Source: a virus
Lineage: Duplodnaviria; Caudoviricetes
DNA: 64,000 nt
Strand: one strand, 5' to 3'
IMG/VR virus record: IMGVR_UViG_3300032233_001500
Span: 12,767 to 76,766 of that record
Below are positions 39,601-48,700 of the stretch, in pieces. A program made the position numbers and the translations under genes. The notes under the pieces are model-generated. The model ran no database searches. It saw only the letters and a list, made by a program, of their open reading frames with translations, and was not told the origin of the DNA. Every line of letters starts with the position of its first letter. Position 1 is the first letter of the stretch.

Positions 39601-41147
39601 GAAAAAGTTCCAGAAACTTGATATAAAACTAATTGATTACTATTTGAAACACTTTTAGATAAGTATCCATATGCACTACTATTTTGTCCCTCAATAAAAG
39701 CAGGAGCATTTAAAGTAATAGTAGAATTTAAATTCACATAGGTATATGTTTGGATATCAAATAAAGACAGATTAAATACGCTGCTTGAATTTGTATAGAT
39801 TGAATTTTCTATTCTTAGATCATATGATCTAGCAAGACCAATTTCCAATCCAGAAGAACTTCCAGGAGTTACCGTTCTTGCAGAGAATAGTTTTACAGTA
39901 GTTCCATACCCAATAGTTAATGGGCCATAAACATTATTGACTTGAAGTTGATTTCCAAGAGAAAAAGATATGTAAGAATTATTTGAAGTATCTGTAGTTC
40001 TTGGTTTTTCTAAATCTAAATTTATTGTATTAAGAGTTTCTACTTCATAACCACGGACATATGCCTTTCCTGGAGATATTTGTACAGACAATAACTCTTT
40101 AGAGGGGACATTGCCTTGTTTTGTTAATTGATTTGAAATATATACGCCATTATTTCCTACTCCATCATTCAATGATTCTTTTATCTCAACCTTAAATGGA
40201 AGAACATAATAATCCCCAGCTTCATCATAAGTTCTTCTTGCTAACTCATTTCTAATTAAATTTGGAGAATCATCTCCAGGTTTTGGGAAAACTTGCTTAA
40301 CACCGTCAACCAATCTCATTAATTCAATGAAATTTTCATCATTGAAATCGGTAAGAGATTTTTTAACCAAAGATGCCGATATTTTTAATCTATCTGCACC
40401 AGGAGCTGCAAAGTTGGAAAATCCTCTAGCATTATCATATAAATCTGGATTCTCTTGAGAAGCAACAGCAATGGTTTCATCTATAGACAATCCAACCCTA
40501 TATGAAGGTAAATTTGTATATTGATCTAAAATTAAAGATTGTGTAAATACATCAACAAAAAATCCTCTAATAAAGTATACACCTGTTTCAATTTTAGCGG
40601 AGGAACCAGTTGCAGCAGATTTGGATATAATTGTTGTTGCAAAAGTGGAATTTGATTTTATTGTAGACAATGAATATGAAATATCAGTAAGAGTTATTAA
40701 ATTCTCACCATCTACAAATGTTTTTGTTGAAAAATCATTTTCACTGGCACTTATATACTTTACATATAAAGTATAGTTACCTCTTTCGGATTGGTCACTA
40801 GTTATATAATTTTCTACCTTTGCAGTAACCCCACTCGTTTCACCCTTAATTATACTACCTACAATACTATCAATATAATAAGATACCGAAATTCCCAAAT
40901 GACTTGGATCTATTTGTATGCACGAATATTCTGGATCATATGCAATATTTCCTGGGATAACAACAGATCCCTCTTTGAAAAAATGTTTACCAAACTTTTC
41001 AACTTGATTTTGTAATATAGATTGTAGAGTCGTAAGTTCTCTAGCTTGGATTGGAGTTCCTGGTTTAAATAATACTCTTTGATAATTTTTTGTTACATCA
41101 AAATCATCAAAATATGGAGATGTATTTAGATTGGTATTTTGTGCCAT
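33636..41147 (-). CDS. Large virion structural protein, DUF4815/VrlC-like
   Basis: 2503 aa; NLNTSPYFDDF...VLFKPGTPIQARELTTLQSILQNQ, APGADRLKI, KFKSGFFVDNF, DPLAESF motifs. Confidence 0.9.
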   Translation of the reverse strand: MAQNTNLNTSPYFDDFDVTKNYQRVLFKPGTPIQARELTTLQSILQNQVEKFGKHFFKEGSVVIPGNIAYDPEYSCIQIDPSHLGISVSYYIDSIVGSIIKGETSGVTAKVENYITSDQSERGNYTLYVKYISASENDFSTKTFVDGENLITLTDISYSLSTIKSNSTFATTIISKSAATGSSAKIETGVYFIRGFFVDVFTQSLILDQYTNLPSYRVGLSIDETIAVASQENPDLYDNARGFSNFAAPGADRLKISASLVKKSLTDFNDENFIELMRLVDGVKQVFPKPGDDSPNLIRNELARRTYDEAGDYYVLPFKVEIKESLNDGVGNNGVYISNQLTKQGNVPSKELLSVQISPGKAYVRGYEVETLNTINLDLEKPRTTDTSNNSYISFSLGNQLQVNNVYGPLTIGYGTTVKLFSARTVTPGSSSGLEIGLARSYDLRIENSIYTNSSSVFNLSLFDIQTYTYVNLNSTITLNAPAFIEGQNSSAYGYLSKSVSNSNQLVLYQVSGTFSQNETIKINGELNSRIITSVRDYSLQDICQVVGVTNTFTADVVLNGYLNLAPTGSTFSINSSGIVTNSYNNFGAGISTGDIVAYTKPVETLPTYNIVTNVNTTAKTITLAATTSVVGVNSGSLPSSSITVTGMSIVVPQILNNKDSYLYAEYEKNYISSLDLTSSELVVRKSYGISTVSSYSATKTLETDSNYSIEPYSIEGFNLVYSDGTIQPLTSQNISKPTGDPRTIILSNLNKSSDSNVTLTATLRKKNLKTRKKTFQRANVLSVNLSSKVTSGTGSTSLNDGLTYSSIYGTRVQDNQICLNVPDVLRVLSVFESSTSSDPELPKLQLTNLNTNILNSINGELIIGQSSNAVGLLISNNTTNTVTFIYSNENIFIPGEKVIFQESKVSGTVVLFTNGDRDIKNDFIFYSGSTSEIADYSYLKRKEGVTAPSRRLTIIYQNYTIDSSDSGDFVAVTSFDQDRISQDVLEVDSLLATDVIDLRPRVLPYNSSTNPYSPFEYYGRKYDSTTNNTPHIISKDSQIILSYSYYLGRIDRLYVNQNGQFFVNKGTPSLTPKLPDNIETALEIGTFTLPPYVHFADSISVQLSSHKRYRMQDISKLEDRLQNVEKYTSLSLLETDTKNLTIRDSVTGLNKFKSGFFVDNFKSTLNGDISNPDFNCSIDTTNGTLRPQPYTAGIDLLLGSEVVSGINSVSNPDADYRFVTQLGSPNSVKVGDVLCLKYTDTVFLQNKFATRTENVNPFNVVNWIGVINLSPSSDTWIETSLSKKTVDEEGSYNTAIQQLGVDSNTGLSPIDWGSWETTWTGKQEIGRNNMGSILVSTEQTGQSTYRTGNFDRRRPRGQWAEEATVTSFKDTYTNFNNVTTLTTQKQSREGIQYKVSEKYDSVNLGNKVVSNDLIHTMRSRNIEFVAKRLKPKTQLYGFFDNINVNPYIVPKLLEVTMNSGTFTVGENIVGNLGSASISFRLASSNHKYGPYNQAIEVFVENPYNPTESMPSVYSSTSSILNVDTASLELQVASTFYGYVVSGMKLVGKSSGAVATISNLRLITDVSGTLVGSLFLPDPKLTSTPKFTTGEKTFTLTTSSTNITISGATDSTAETKFTSAGTLQNIEETTLRIRNAQIERSIKTDEKTISNTKTETVASTSRIDRSTVQTRWVDPLAESFEVPDTNGVFITKCDVFFSTKDTKGLPITMQLRTLSTGFPTQTILPFGEVVLDPSKVNTSSDGSLATTFTFESPVYLQGSKQYAVVLLSASDEYRVFISRMGEEDVTTVNKIEAQKIIVSQQPLLGSLFKSQNGATWDPSQLEDLKMTLYRANFYTGASSVRFYNPDLNIGNRQVVTLGVNPLDTYSRRLIVGIANSLTSTQVSDLTNGATVLQLNNSLFQGSVQSVSGSIGINSTLILSSAGAGFTAGFRTYSNISLVTLSGNGSGAKVNLSVQNGVAIAATVSVGGTGYTYGDTFTVNYGSDTDNLGNSLILSIPNTVGVIDKFSSLLITNVQGNPIVNSSGYLYYVGSAGTTTLGVSTITSVSTIRDGLHFRVSHTNHGMYSSNDNVTLSGIKPDQKPETLNADLNSSSTSGITVSSVGIFTSFENQPVSAANTGYVLVGSEVVGYTTISGYVLSGITRKIDGTFANSYSSGDPIYKYELNGVSLRRINTTHNFSRTDLSTYPIELDAYTIKLDMTKNGTDRTSTNVSLPELYFRQSKSCGSYDVVRLVGVGPRATQNIPFNIVRPNIQTLLPEGTSINAQIRTFSGSTPNSSITPFIDQGFEDISLNSNNYLSSPRIICSKVNELTNLTNYPGNKSFTMEVVMNTTDPKVSPIIDLHRVSLITVSNRINSPITNYATDYRVNLLSGDPTAAVYITRIVQLEKASDTLKVLFDAYRHSTSDIRVLYRTVRPDGVDISSALWQPFPGYDNLDINGNVVNPANNNGKPDRLVTSSNSVIDFGSYEFTANKLPQFTLFQIKIHMTGTNSSFVPQIKNLRVIATA

Positions 41148-41153
41148 TTTGAT

Positions 41154-42749
41154 TTAGAACTCCAGGACAATTTTAATATCTTCTTTTTGACTCGCAGATC
41201 TAGGAATTGGAACTCTGTTATCTATGTAGATGATATCTCCAGATTTTTTGTTATATTCAGCAGAAGAAATTCCAGCAGAAAAATTGAGACCCAATGAATA
41301 ACTAGTATTATTTATTGTGGTAGAAATACCATTAAAATTTGTATTGATGGATAAAGCAGGACCAACAATTGAGGAACAATTAATTGTTAATCCATATCCA
41401 ACATCTGGATTGGATGTAAATGGAACTATCTTATATCCAGTTGCACTTGAAGCAGCTCCTGCAGTTTGATAATACTTCAGAACTCCAGTAACTGGATCCC
41501 AAGATGCAACAAATCCAATTGCAGTAGAACCAAATCCGACATTTTGAGTAATTTTTGAATCTAAAGCATAAGTTGTATTTGTAGTAACTCCAGATAACTT
41601 TAATCCAGGCAATCCACTGACAACAGAGGTATTCAATAATTGATTATTACTTCCGAGTATAGTTGGATTTCTCATAATTCCAACCCTAGCAAAATCATTA
41701 CTTAAAATAATATCGGGATTTTGCGAATCTGTTGCATATCTTGAATATAAAAGAACTCTATAAGCTCCCAATTCTCTATAAATGTTATATCCATGGCCAC
41801 CTTTTGGTGGAATTATAACTTTGAATTGTGCCTGAGAGGTACTGCCAACTCCGGTATTGTTTAATTTACTTATTACTCCATTGAGTTCTGATCCAGGAGC
41901 TCCTGGATAAAATTGTATTGTTCCAAATGTATAATCTTTTCCACCATCAGTAACAAAAACTTCAGATACTTTTCCAAATGAATCAATTGTTATTGTTGCT
42001 TTTCCTCCTGTACCATCACCAAGAATTGGGACATTTGAAAAAGAAGTAGATAATGGTTGGTAATTTGAACCTCTATTATCAATCAAAACTACTTCAATTT
42101 TTCCGTCAATAGCATTATTTTTTAGTGAAATGCTTTCACCACTCACTCCCCAATCATTTGGAACTGGTATATAATCAATTGAATCAAATTTAATAATTTC
42201 CGATGGTTTAATTGTATAAAGATATTTCCAAATATATCCATCTCCACTAGTTCCAGCAGTTCTTGGTTCCAAATCAACAAACGTTGGTTGATCGTATGAA
42301 GGCCTTCCTTTTGGATTTTCTGGGTCAGTTCCATTATTTAAACAAATATAAACACGAAAATCTTCATTAACCACATAATAATTACATTCATATAAACCAG
42401 TCTGGCCAGTTACTGGTGTTGGGTTGTAAACACTATAATCGTGTCTGTACATTTCATAAGCATTTCCAGCAACCCAGGTAACTTTTCTAGCCAATCTTCT
42501 GACACTATCAGAAGATATTTGTTGCATAGCAATAATACTTTCTTTTATTTGACTCTCTTCTTTAAATCCATCCAAAGGTGGTGGTGTAATAGTTGCCCAA
42601 GTTGGAGATCCACCAGCTTCCAGACTCAGTGCATTTGGCAATCCAATGAAAGTATAATAAGTATTTGATGTATCAGCCGCTCCGGTAACACTTTTTACAA
42701 AGTTTTCGGCATTTAGTATTCTAAACTGATCTGATATGATAGCAGGCAT
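41154..42749 (-). CDS. gp8: Baseplate wedge subunit
   Basis: MPAIISDQFRILNA, YYVVNEDFRVYICL, DGYIWKYLYTI, IPPKGGHG, SGDIIYIDNR. Confidence 0.92.
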   Translation of the reverse strand: MPAIISDQFRILNAENFVKSVTGAADTSNTYYTFIGLPNALSLEAGGSPTWATITPPPLDGFKEESQIKESIIAMQQISSDSVRRLARKVTWVAGNAYEMYRHDYSVYNPTPVTGQTGLYECNYYVVNEDFRVYICLNNGTDPENPKGRPSYDQPTFVDLEPRTAGTSGDGYIWKYLYTIKPSEIIKFDSIDYIPVPNDWGVSGESISLKNNAIDGKIEVVLIDNRGSNYQPLSTSFSNVPILGDGTGGKATITIDSFGKVSEVFVTDGGKDYTFGTIQFYPGAPGSELNGVISKLNNTGVGSTSQAQFKVIIPPKGGHGYNIYRELGAYRVLLYSRYATDSQNPDIILSNDFARVGIMRNPTILGSNNQLLNTSVVSGLPGLKLSGVTTNTTYALDSKITQNVGFGSTAIGFVASWDPVTGVLKYYQTAGAASSATGYKIVPFTSNPDVGYGLTINCSSIVGPALSINTNFNGISTTINNTSYSLGLNFSAGISSAEYNKKSGDIIYIDNRVPIPRSASQKEDIKIVLEF

Positions 42750-42771
42750 TTTAAATTTATACTTTTCCTTT

Positions 42772-42778
42772 TATTTAG
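42772..42778 (-). promoter_or_regulatory. Late promoter variant CTAAATA
   Basis: TATTTAG overlapping the gp7 stop, upstream of gp8. Confidence 0.5.
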
Positions 42779-45700
42779 TTACTTAATAGACCCTTTGTTC
42801 TAATAACTTTAGGTGAAGTAGTTATTCCAGATAATCCGCCATCGTTATAAACACTAAAACTTTGTGGAATTCCTAAAGATCTATTTTGATAATCATAAAT
42901 TACACCCCAACTATATCTACCATAAAATCCACTAGTATTGATACCAGTATTATTTGATCCTCTAGCATAAACTTGAACATAATTTTCTGTTGAGGATTTT
43001 GGAGCAAAATTGCAAGTAACTGTTACTATTCCAAGAACGGCATTTCCAGAAGTTACACTTTCCACTTTATAAACACCATCAATAAATGAAACAGCCGTAC
43101 CAACTTTTGAATTTGGGTAATTTGACATCCCCCCAAGAGTAGTTGTAATTCCTGTCAATGCGTGACCAACAGCAACATTACTATCTTTAATAATGAAATA
43201 ATCCCCTACCTGCATCTGAGGGTATAATACGCCAAAAGAATTCAATGAAGAATATCCAATACCAAGTCCATTGTCATAATATTCAGATTTTAAGACAAAC
43301 TCTATTTTTGGAGTAGTTGTTCCAATTCCTGGTGTTCCAGTTACAAAAGTAGTAACTCCTATAATAGTACCAAAATCACCTTTTGCTTTTATTGATTTAA
43401 TTGTTTCCTTTTTAAATACATCTTGTTCAATAATAAATGGAGGAGGAGAATTTTGATCATATCCAAATCCACCATCAGTCATAACTATTGAAGTTACTAT
43501 TCCACCAGAAACAAAAGCTGTTCCTGTTGCTTGGTGATATACTGGAGTTGATAATACACAAGTACCTCCATATCCAACAAAAACGTAAGTTCCATCATAT
43601 CCCAAAGAAGGAAGGCTTATTACATCTTTTATTAGATTCAATTGATTGGTACTCCTGTATATCCAATTACTGAGATCAAAAGAATAATAAAGGTCTCCAG
43701 TAGAAGTTATTGCTACATAAAGTCCATCAGTATAGTCTATAGTTGTAAAATTAACAGAAACATTTGTAGTAATCAGAGTATACGTGGATTTGGAACTAGA
43801 TATCGCAACAACTCCACTATTTCCTACTATAATAAATTTATTATTGACATATACTACTTTATTAAGATCACTGCCGGTGAATGATTGTTCAATATCCCAG
43901 ATTAAACCATTACTAGAAGTAAGTACAGTTCCATATTTACCAACAGCAACGAAGTATCCTGATGTTTGAGTGGAAGAGAAATCAACACTATTCAAATCAT
44001 TCAAAGTCTGAGAATATCTACTTCTAAAATAATCCGTTCCTATACCCATTCCTGCAAATATAGATCCTCCTGTACCAACGGTAACAAAGGTATCATATGA
44101 ATTTCCATAAGCAACATCAGTTAAAGTTCCATTGTATGAAGTCAAATTCTTACCAATAGGTCCAAGACCAGGCAATATTATTTCTTCATAAAGAGGAATT
44201 TGCGACCAAGAAGATATTGTAGAAGAATAACCGGTAGATTTTGTAACAAAAGCAGAACTACCAACAGATACTAACATTGATGTAGTTCCTAATCCAACAG
44301 AAGTAATTGCATTAAAGTTTATGGTAGATCCATATCCCAAAGAAGAACTAATCCAATTTTGACCATCAATACTTGTTACTAAAGCTGAAGAATTACCTAC
44401 TCCAACAAATAGATTTGAATATGAAATTGCATTTATTTGATAAGTGGTTGGAATTCCATTAGAATACTGCCAATTGTATATTGGATCTTTTCTCTTTATA
44501 TAAGATTTTGAAAATACAATTTTTGGAGAAGATGTGTAAGCATATCCAACTCCAGGATAAGTTATAATTGGGTTATAAACTGTGGATGCCGAAGATACTA
44601 CACTTAATCCATATGCACCATCAATATCTTTATTTTCAGTAATCAAAATTTCACATAGATCCTCACCTAATCCATCCACATCAGTAAATATTGGATAAGC
44701 ATTATCCACATAAACTTGTATATCTGTGGGTGTAACTGGTTTGATGAGAGTTGCAGTGGGTTTTATGGTACTCTTTAAAGTAGGTCTCTCTTTTGAGTAT
44801 AAAACTCCATTAATAACTTTATCATTTGTTTGTTTTTTATAAGATAACGGTCTAATATCAGTATTATCAGTATTAATACCAACACTACTATATGGGAATG
44901 TTTTAAATGAATCAGCAGTAGTTAGATTTTTAATTACTCTACCGAGTTGGTCAGTATCATAGACATTAGTAATATTTTTCCCAATTACTATTTCATCACC
45001 GACCTTTATTAGTTGTGGTGGATCTACCAGAACAACATCGAGAGAAGATCCTCTATAGTAAAGGATTGTGCAACTAGAATTTGGTTTTGGAGCCTCAGTA
45101 AATACAATTCTAGTTCCTTGTATAGAATATGCATAATTTGGAACTTGTAATATATCATTTACAAAAATTATAAAATTATTAGAAATATCCAAATCCGAAC
45201 CATCTAAGGTTTTAAGTCCTAGAGGTTGTATTACTCCATCAATATTTACATTTAAATCAAATTTCCTTTTACCTCCATCAAATTGATTGGAAATATTTTC
45301 AAAAATAAGAAATTGCCCTAGATAGAAACCAGAGAATTTATCCGTTTCGACCTCTTGGACTGTAAGTGTAAATGTACTAAATGCCGCACCAACTGATGGA
45401 TTAGTAGTAATTCCTGGAGCATATAAGGTATCACCAGATTTATATCCAGTACCAGGATCATCGATATAAAATCCAATGACACTAGAACCTTGTCCAACTG
45501 ATACTGAAATTTTAGCTCCTTGACCAACTCCAGATGCTCCCGTATAAGAAACACCAATATTACTATATGATGTAGGTATTCCAATTACAACATCTGGAAC
45601 TGAGGTTGTAGTGTATCCAGAACCAGGATTAACAATTGTCAATCCAGTGATTGTACCACTAGTCCCAACTATTGCTGTTATGCTAGCTCCAGATCCAATT

Positions 45701-48700
45701 GGAGATATTACATTTATTGATGGAATACTACCATATCCAAATCCAGAACCAATGAGAGTTATATTTGAGATTGTACCCGCAGCGGATACTGTTACCGTTG
45801 CAGCTGCACCAATTAATGGTTGATATCCAAATCCTGTGTTAACGGATACTTTTGAAATTTTACCTCCTTTTGGAGCACCAGAAATAAATTTAATAATATT
45901 CTGAGCCGATCCTTCTATAATATAATCGGAACCAGGAACTTGAAGTATATTATTAATTAGTATAATGGGATTATTATTAATTTCTGTTGGCGAATTTACA
46001 CCGTTATAAAGAGTTTGTGTTGTGGATCCATTTGAAAATAGTGTAAATTCAGTAGAAGCTGTTCCAGTAAAAGCTAGAGATATATCATCTAAAATAATAT
46101 TTTTATCTAGAGGTTGAGAAGCATTTAATTGTCTTGAGAATACTCTACCAGAAAAACTGGATGAAGTTTCCATTCCGACTGGACCTATAGGTCCATATGG
46201 AGGAGTAGTGAAATAAATTACATCTCCCAAGATATTATAGTTACCTCCCATAACTGTGCAAGAAGAGGATACGATATGTGTTCCTGCTAATGTGCCTAAT
46301 GATCCTCTATCAACTTCAACAGCATTTGAAGAAGAAATTCCAATAGTTTTTACCGTCAAATATTCATTGTCAATATTAATGATATCATTAGATCTCAATG
46401 AAGATATTCCAGATGAGATATTAATTATTGTAGTTGAAGCGCTAGAAACTGAAGAAGCTAAAGAAACATTTAATGATTTTCTATAAAGAGGAGATTGAAT
46501 AATTCCATCTATAGATATCAAAGTACTTGCATTGGAGTTTTTGTACTCGAAAGAATGATATCCAGTGCCAAGACCAGAAAGTGGTAGAAATATACTTGTG
46601 GATAACCCAGATACTTTAAATTCATTATCATTTAATTTATATACAAACAAACTTGTTGGCAATATTTTAGTACCTAGTTCCAAAGGAGAAACTTTAATAG
46701 TATCTGTTGGAGAAGATCCCCCAATGTATGTTCCAGAAATTGAAACCACTGACGTAGTTGCATATCCAGAACCACCAGTTACCACAGAAACATCTGATAT
46801 AAATCCATTACTATCTCTGGAAATATTGAATATTGCTCCACCAGAACCAGATTCGGGAACATTTGAATATGATCCATTTGCTTGACTTGGAATTTGGGTT
46901 GGAGCTGTAGATGATACTTTAAAAGATAACGTATTTGTCGGATTAGTTCCACCCAAATAAGTACCAGCTATGGAAACCGTATCTCCAACTGCAAAATTAG
47001 ATCCACCATTGAGAAGAACAATGGAGGTTGATATAGGTTGTCCAGTTGTTATTGAGTAAGAAATTAAAACATTAAATGTAGCTATTCCAACTCCATTTGT
47101 TCCATTTACAGAAGGATAAAGTTTAAAAGATGGTCCAACCGGAGATAAAGTAGTTGATATACCAGTTATTGACGTAGAAATGGAAACACTGTAACCATTT
47201 TCAAAAATAGCCGTACCTTTGTAATTAGAAACACTGATTAGAGTTGAAGTTATACCAGTTACATATGATGTAGTTGCTATTCCAATTGGACTTCCATTTC
47301 CATAATTATAAATTAATTCCTGACCTGTCTGATAGTTATGATTTGGAATTGTAAACTTGTTGTTTATAATATCAATCTTACTGGATGAAGATGCATCAAA
47401 TGTATGTTTGAATAAGGAAGTACCTTTATTAGTCAATTTAAACGTAGATAATCCTACTACTATGCCTCCCTCAGATAATGATGGATATGTAATTATTGGT
47501 GCATAACTTGTACCAAGTCCGATTATTGTGGTAATAATTCCAACATAATTACTAATTGATGTCCTAACATCAGCACAATCGGTAGTACCATAACTTTCTG
47601 TTGGAATTGCAGAAAGGCTTCCAGTCAAAATGGCAGTTGTGAGTATTCCAACTAGATTTGATACGTTAGTTTGTACATTTGAACAAGATGATGGCGAAGT
47701 ATTAAATCCAGTTATAGGATCTGGAACAATTGTCAAATCTTTTACATTTAATTGATTAGTAAGAGCTTGATTAATGTAATCCCTTGCAGATTTAAATGCA
47801 TAGACAGATTGTAATTCTTCACCAACTAAACCACTTGTTAAAGCTACTCCAGCACCAGTGAAATATTTTTTGGTTGCATAGATGATATGTTGATTTGAAC
47901 CAAAAGCAACATCCTCTGCGATAGAGTCAACAATATAACCTAGGTCTCGGTAACACTTATTTCCACCCGTTGTATAAGTCCCTACGTTAACTGATGGAAG
48001 TCCAGTAGTAGATCCTACACTAATGACAGATGTGACTATTCCAACTAAAGTTGAAATGGTATTTTGTACGTCTGTACAAGCAGAGGTATTTGTATTAGCG
48101 ATATTTCCACCACCACCTGCATATGTTGAAGGTCCAACGGAAACAGTAAGATCTTTAATTGTGAGATTGTTGGTAATTGCCAACTTCATTAAGTTTCTTG
48201 CTTGTGTAAAAGCATAGATGGATTGAGTTTCCTCACCTACCAATCCATTAGAAATAGGTACTCCATTATTAAAATATTGAAGAACAAATTGTCTAGAATA
48301 ATTATTACCGCCAGTAAATATGTCGGTAGAAACTGCATCAATAAAATATCCAAGATCTCTCTTACATTTTGACTGAGTAGTTGATATTCCAGTGTACACT
48401 CCAACTGTATTTGACCAAGAAGTGTTAATGATTTCAGTTTTATTTTGTTGAATTAGACGGTATGCATCATAATATCTTGATCTAGAGTTTGTTTGAAGAT
48501 CGCCTGGGAAATAAAAATCGGAAAATCCAATAGCAACAGAAGCTAAAGATTTATCTAAAATTTCACGACGATTTGCAACTATTAGATTTCTTGCGTCCTT
48601 GTAACGATAAAGATTAATATTTAATGGATCTTGGATCAAACTTAGATTGAATTGTTGCGAAACAGATGTTTGATAAAGAGTAGGTGGAGTTTGATTATTG

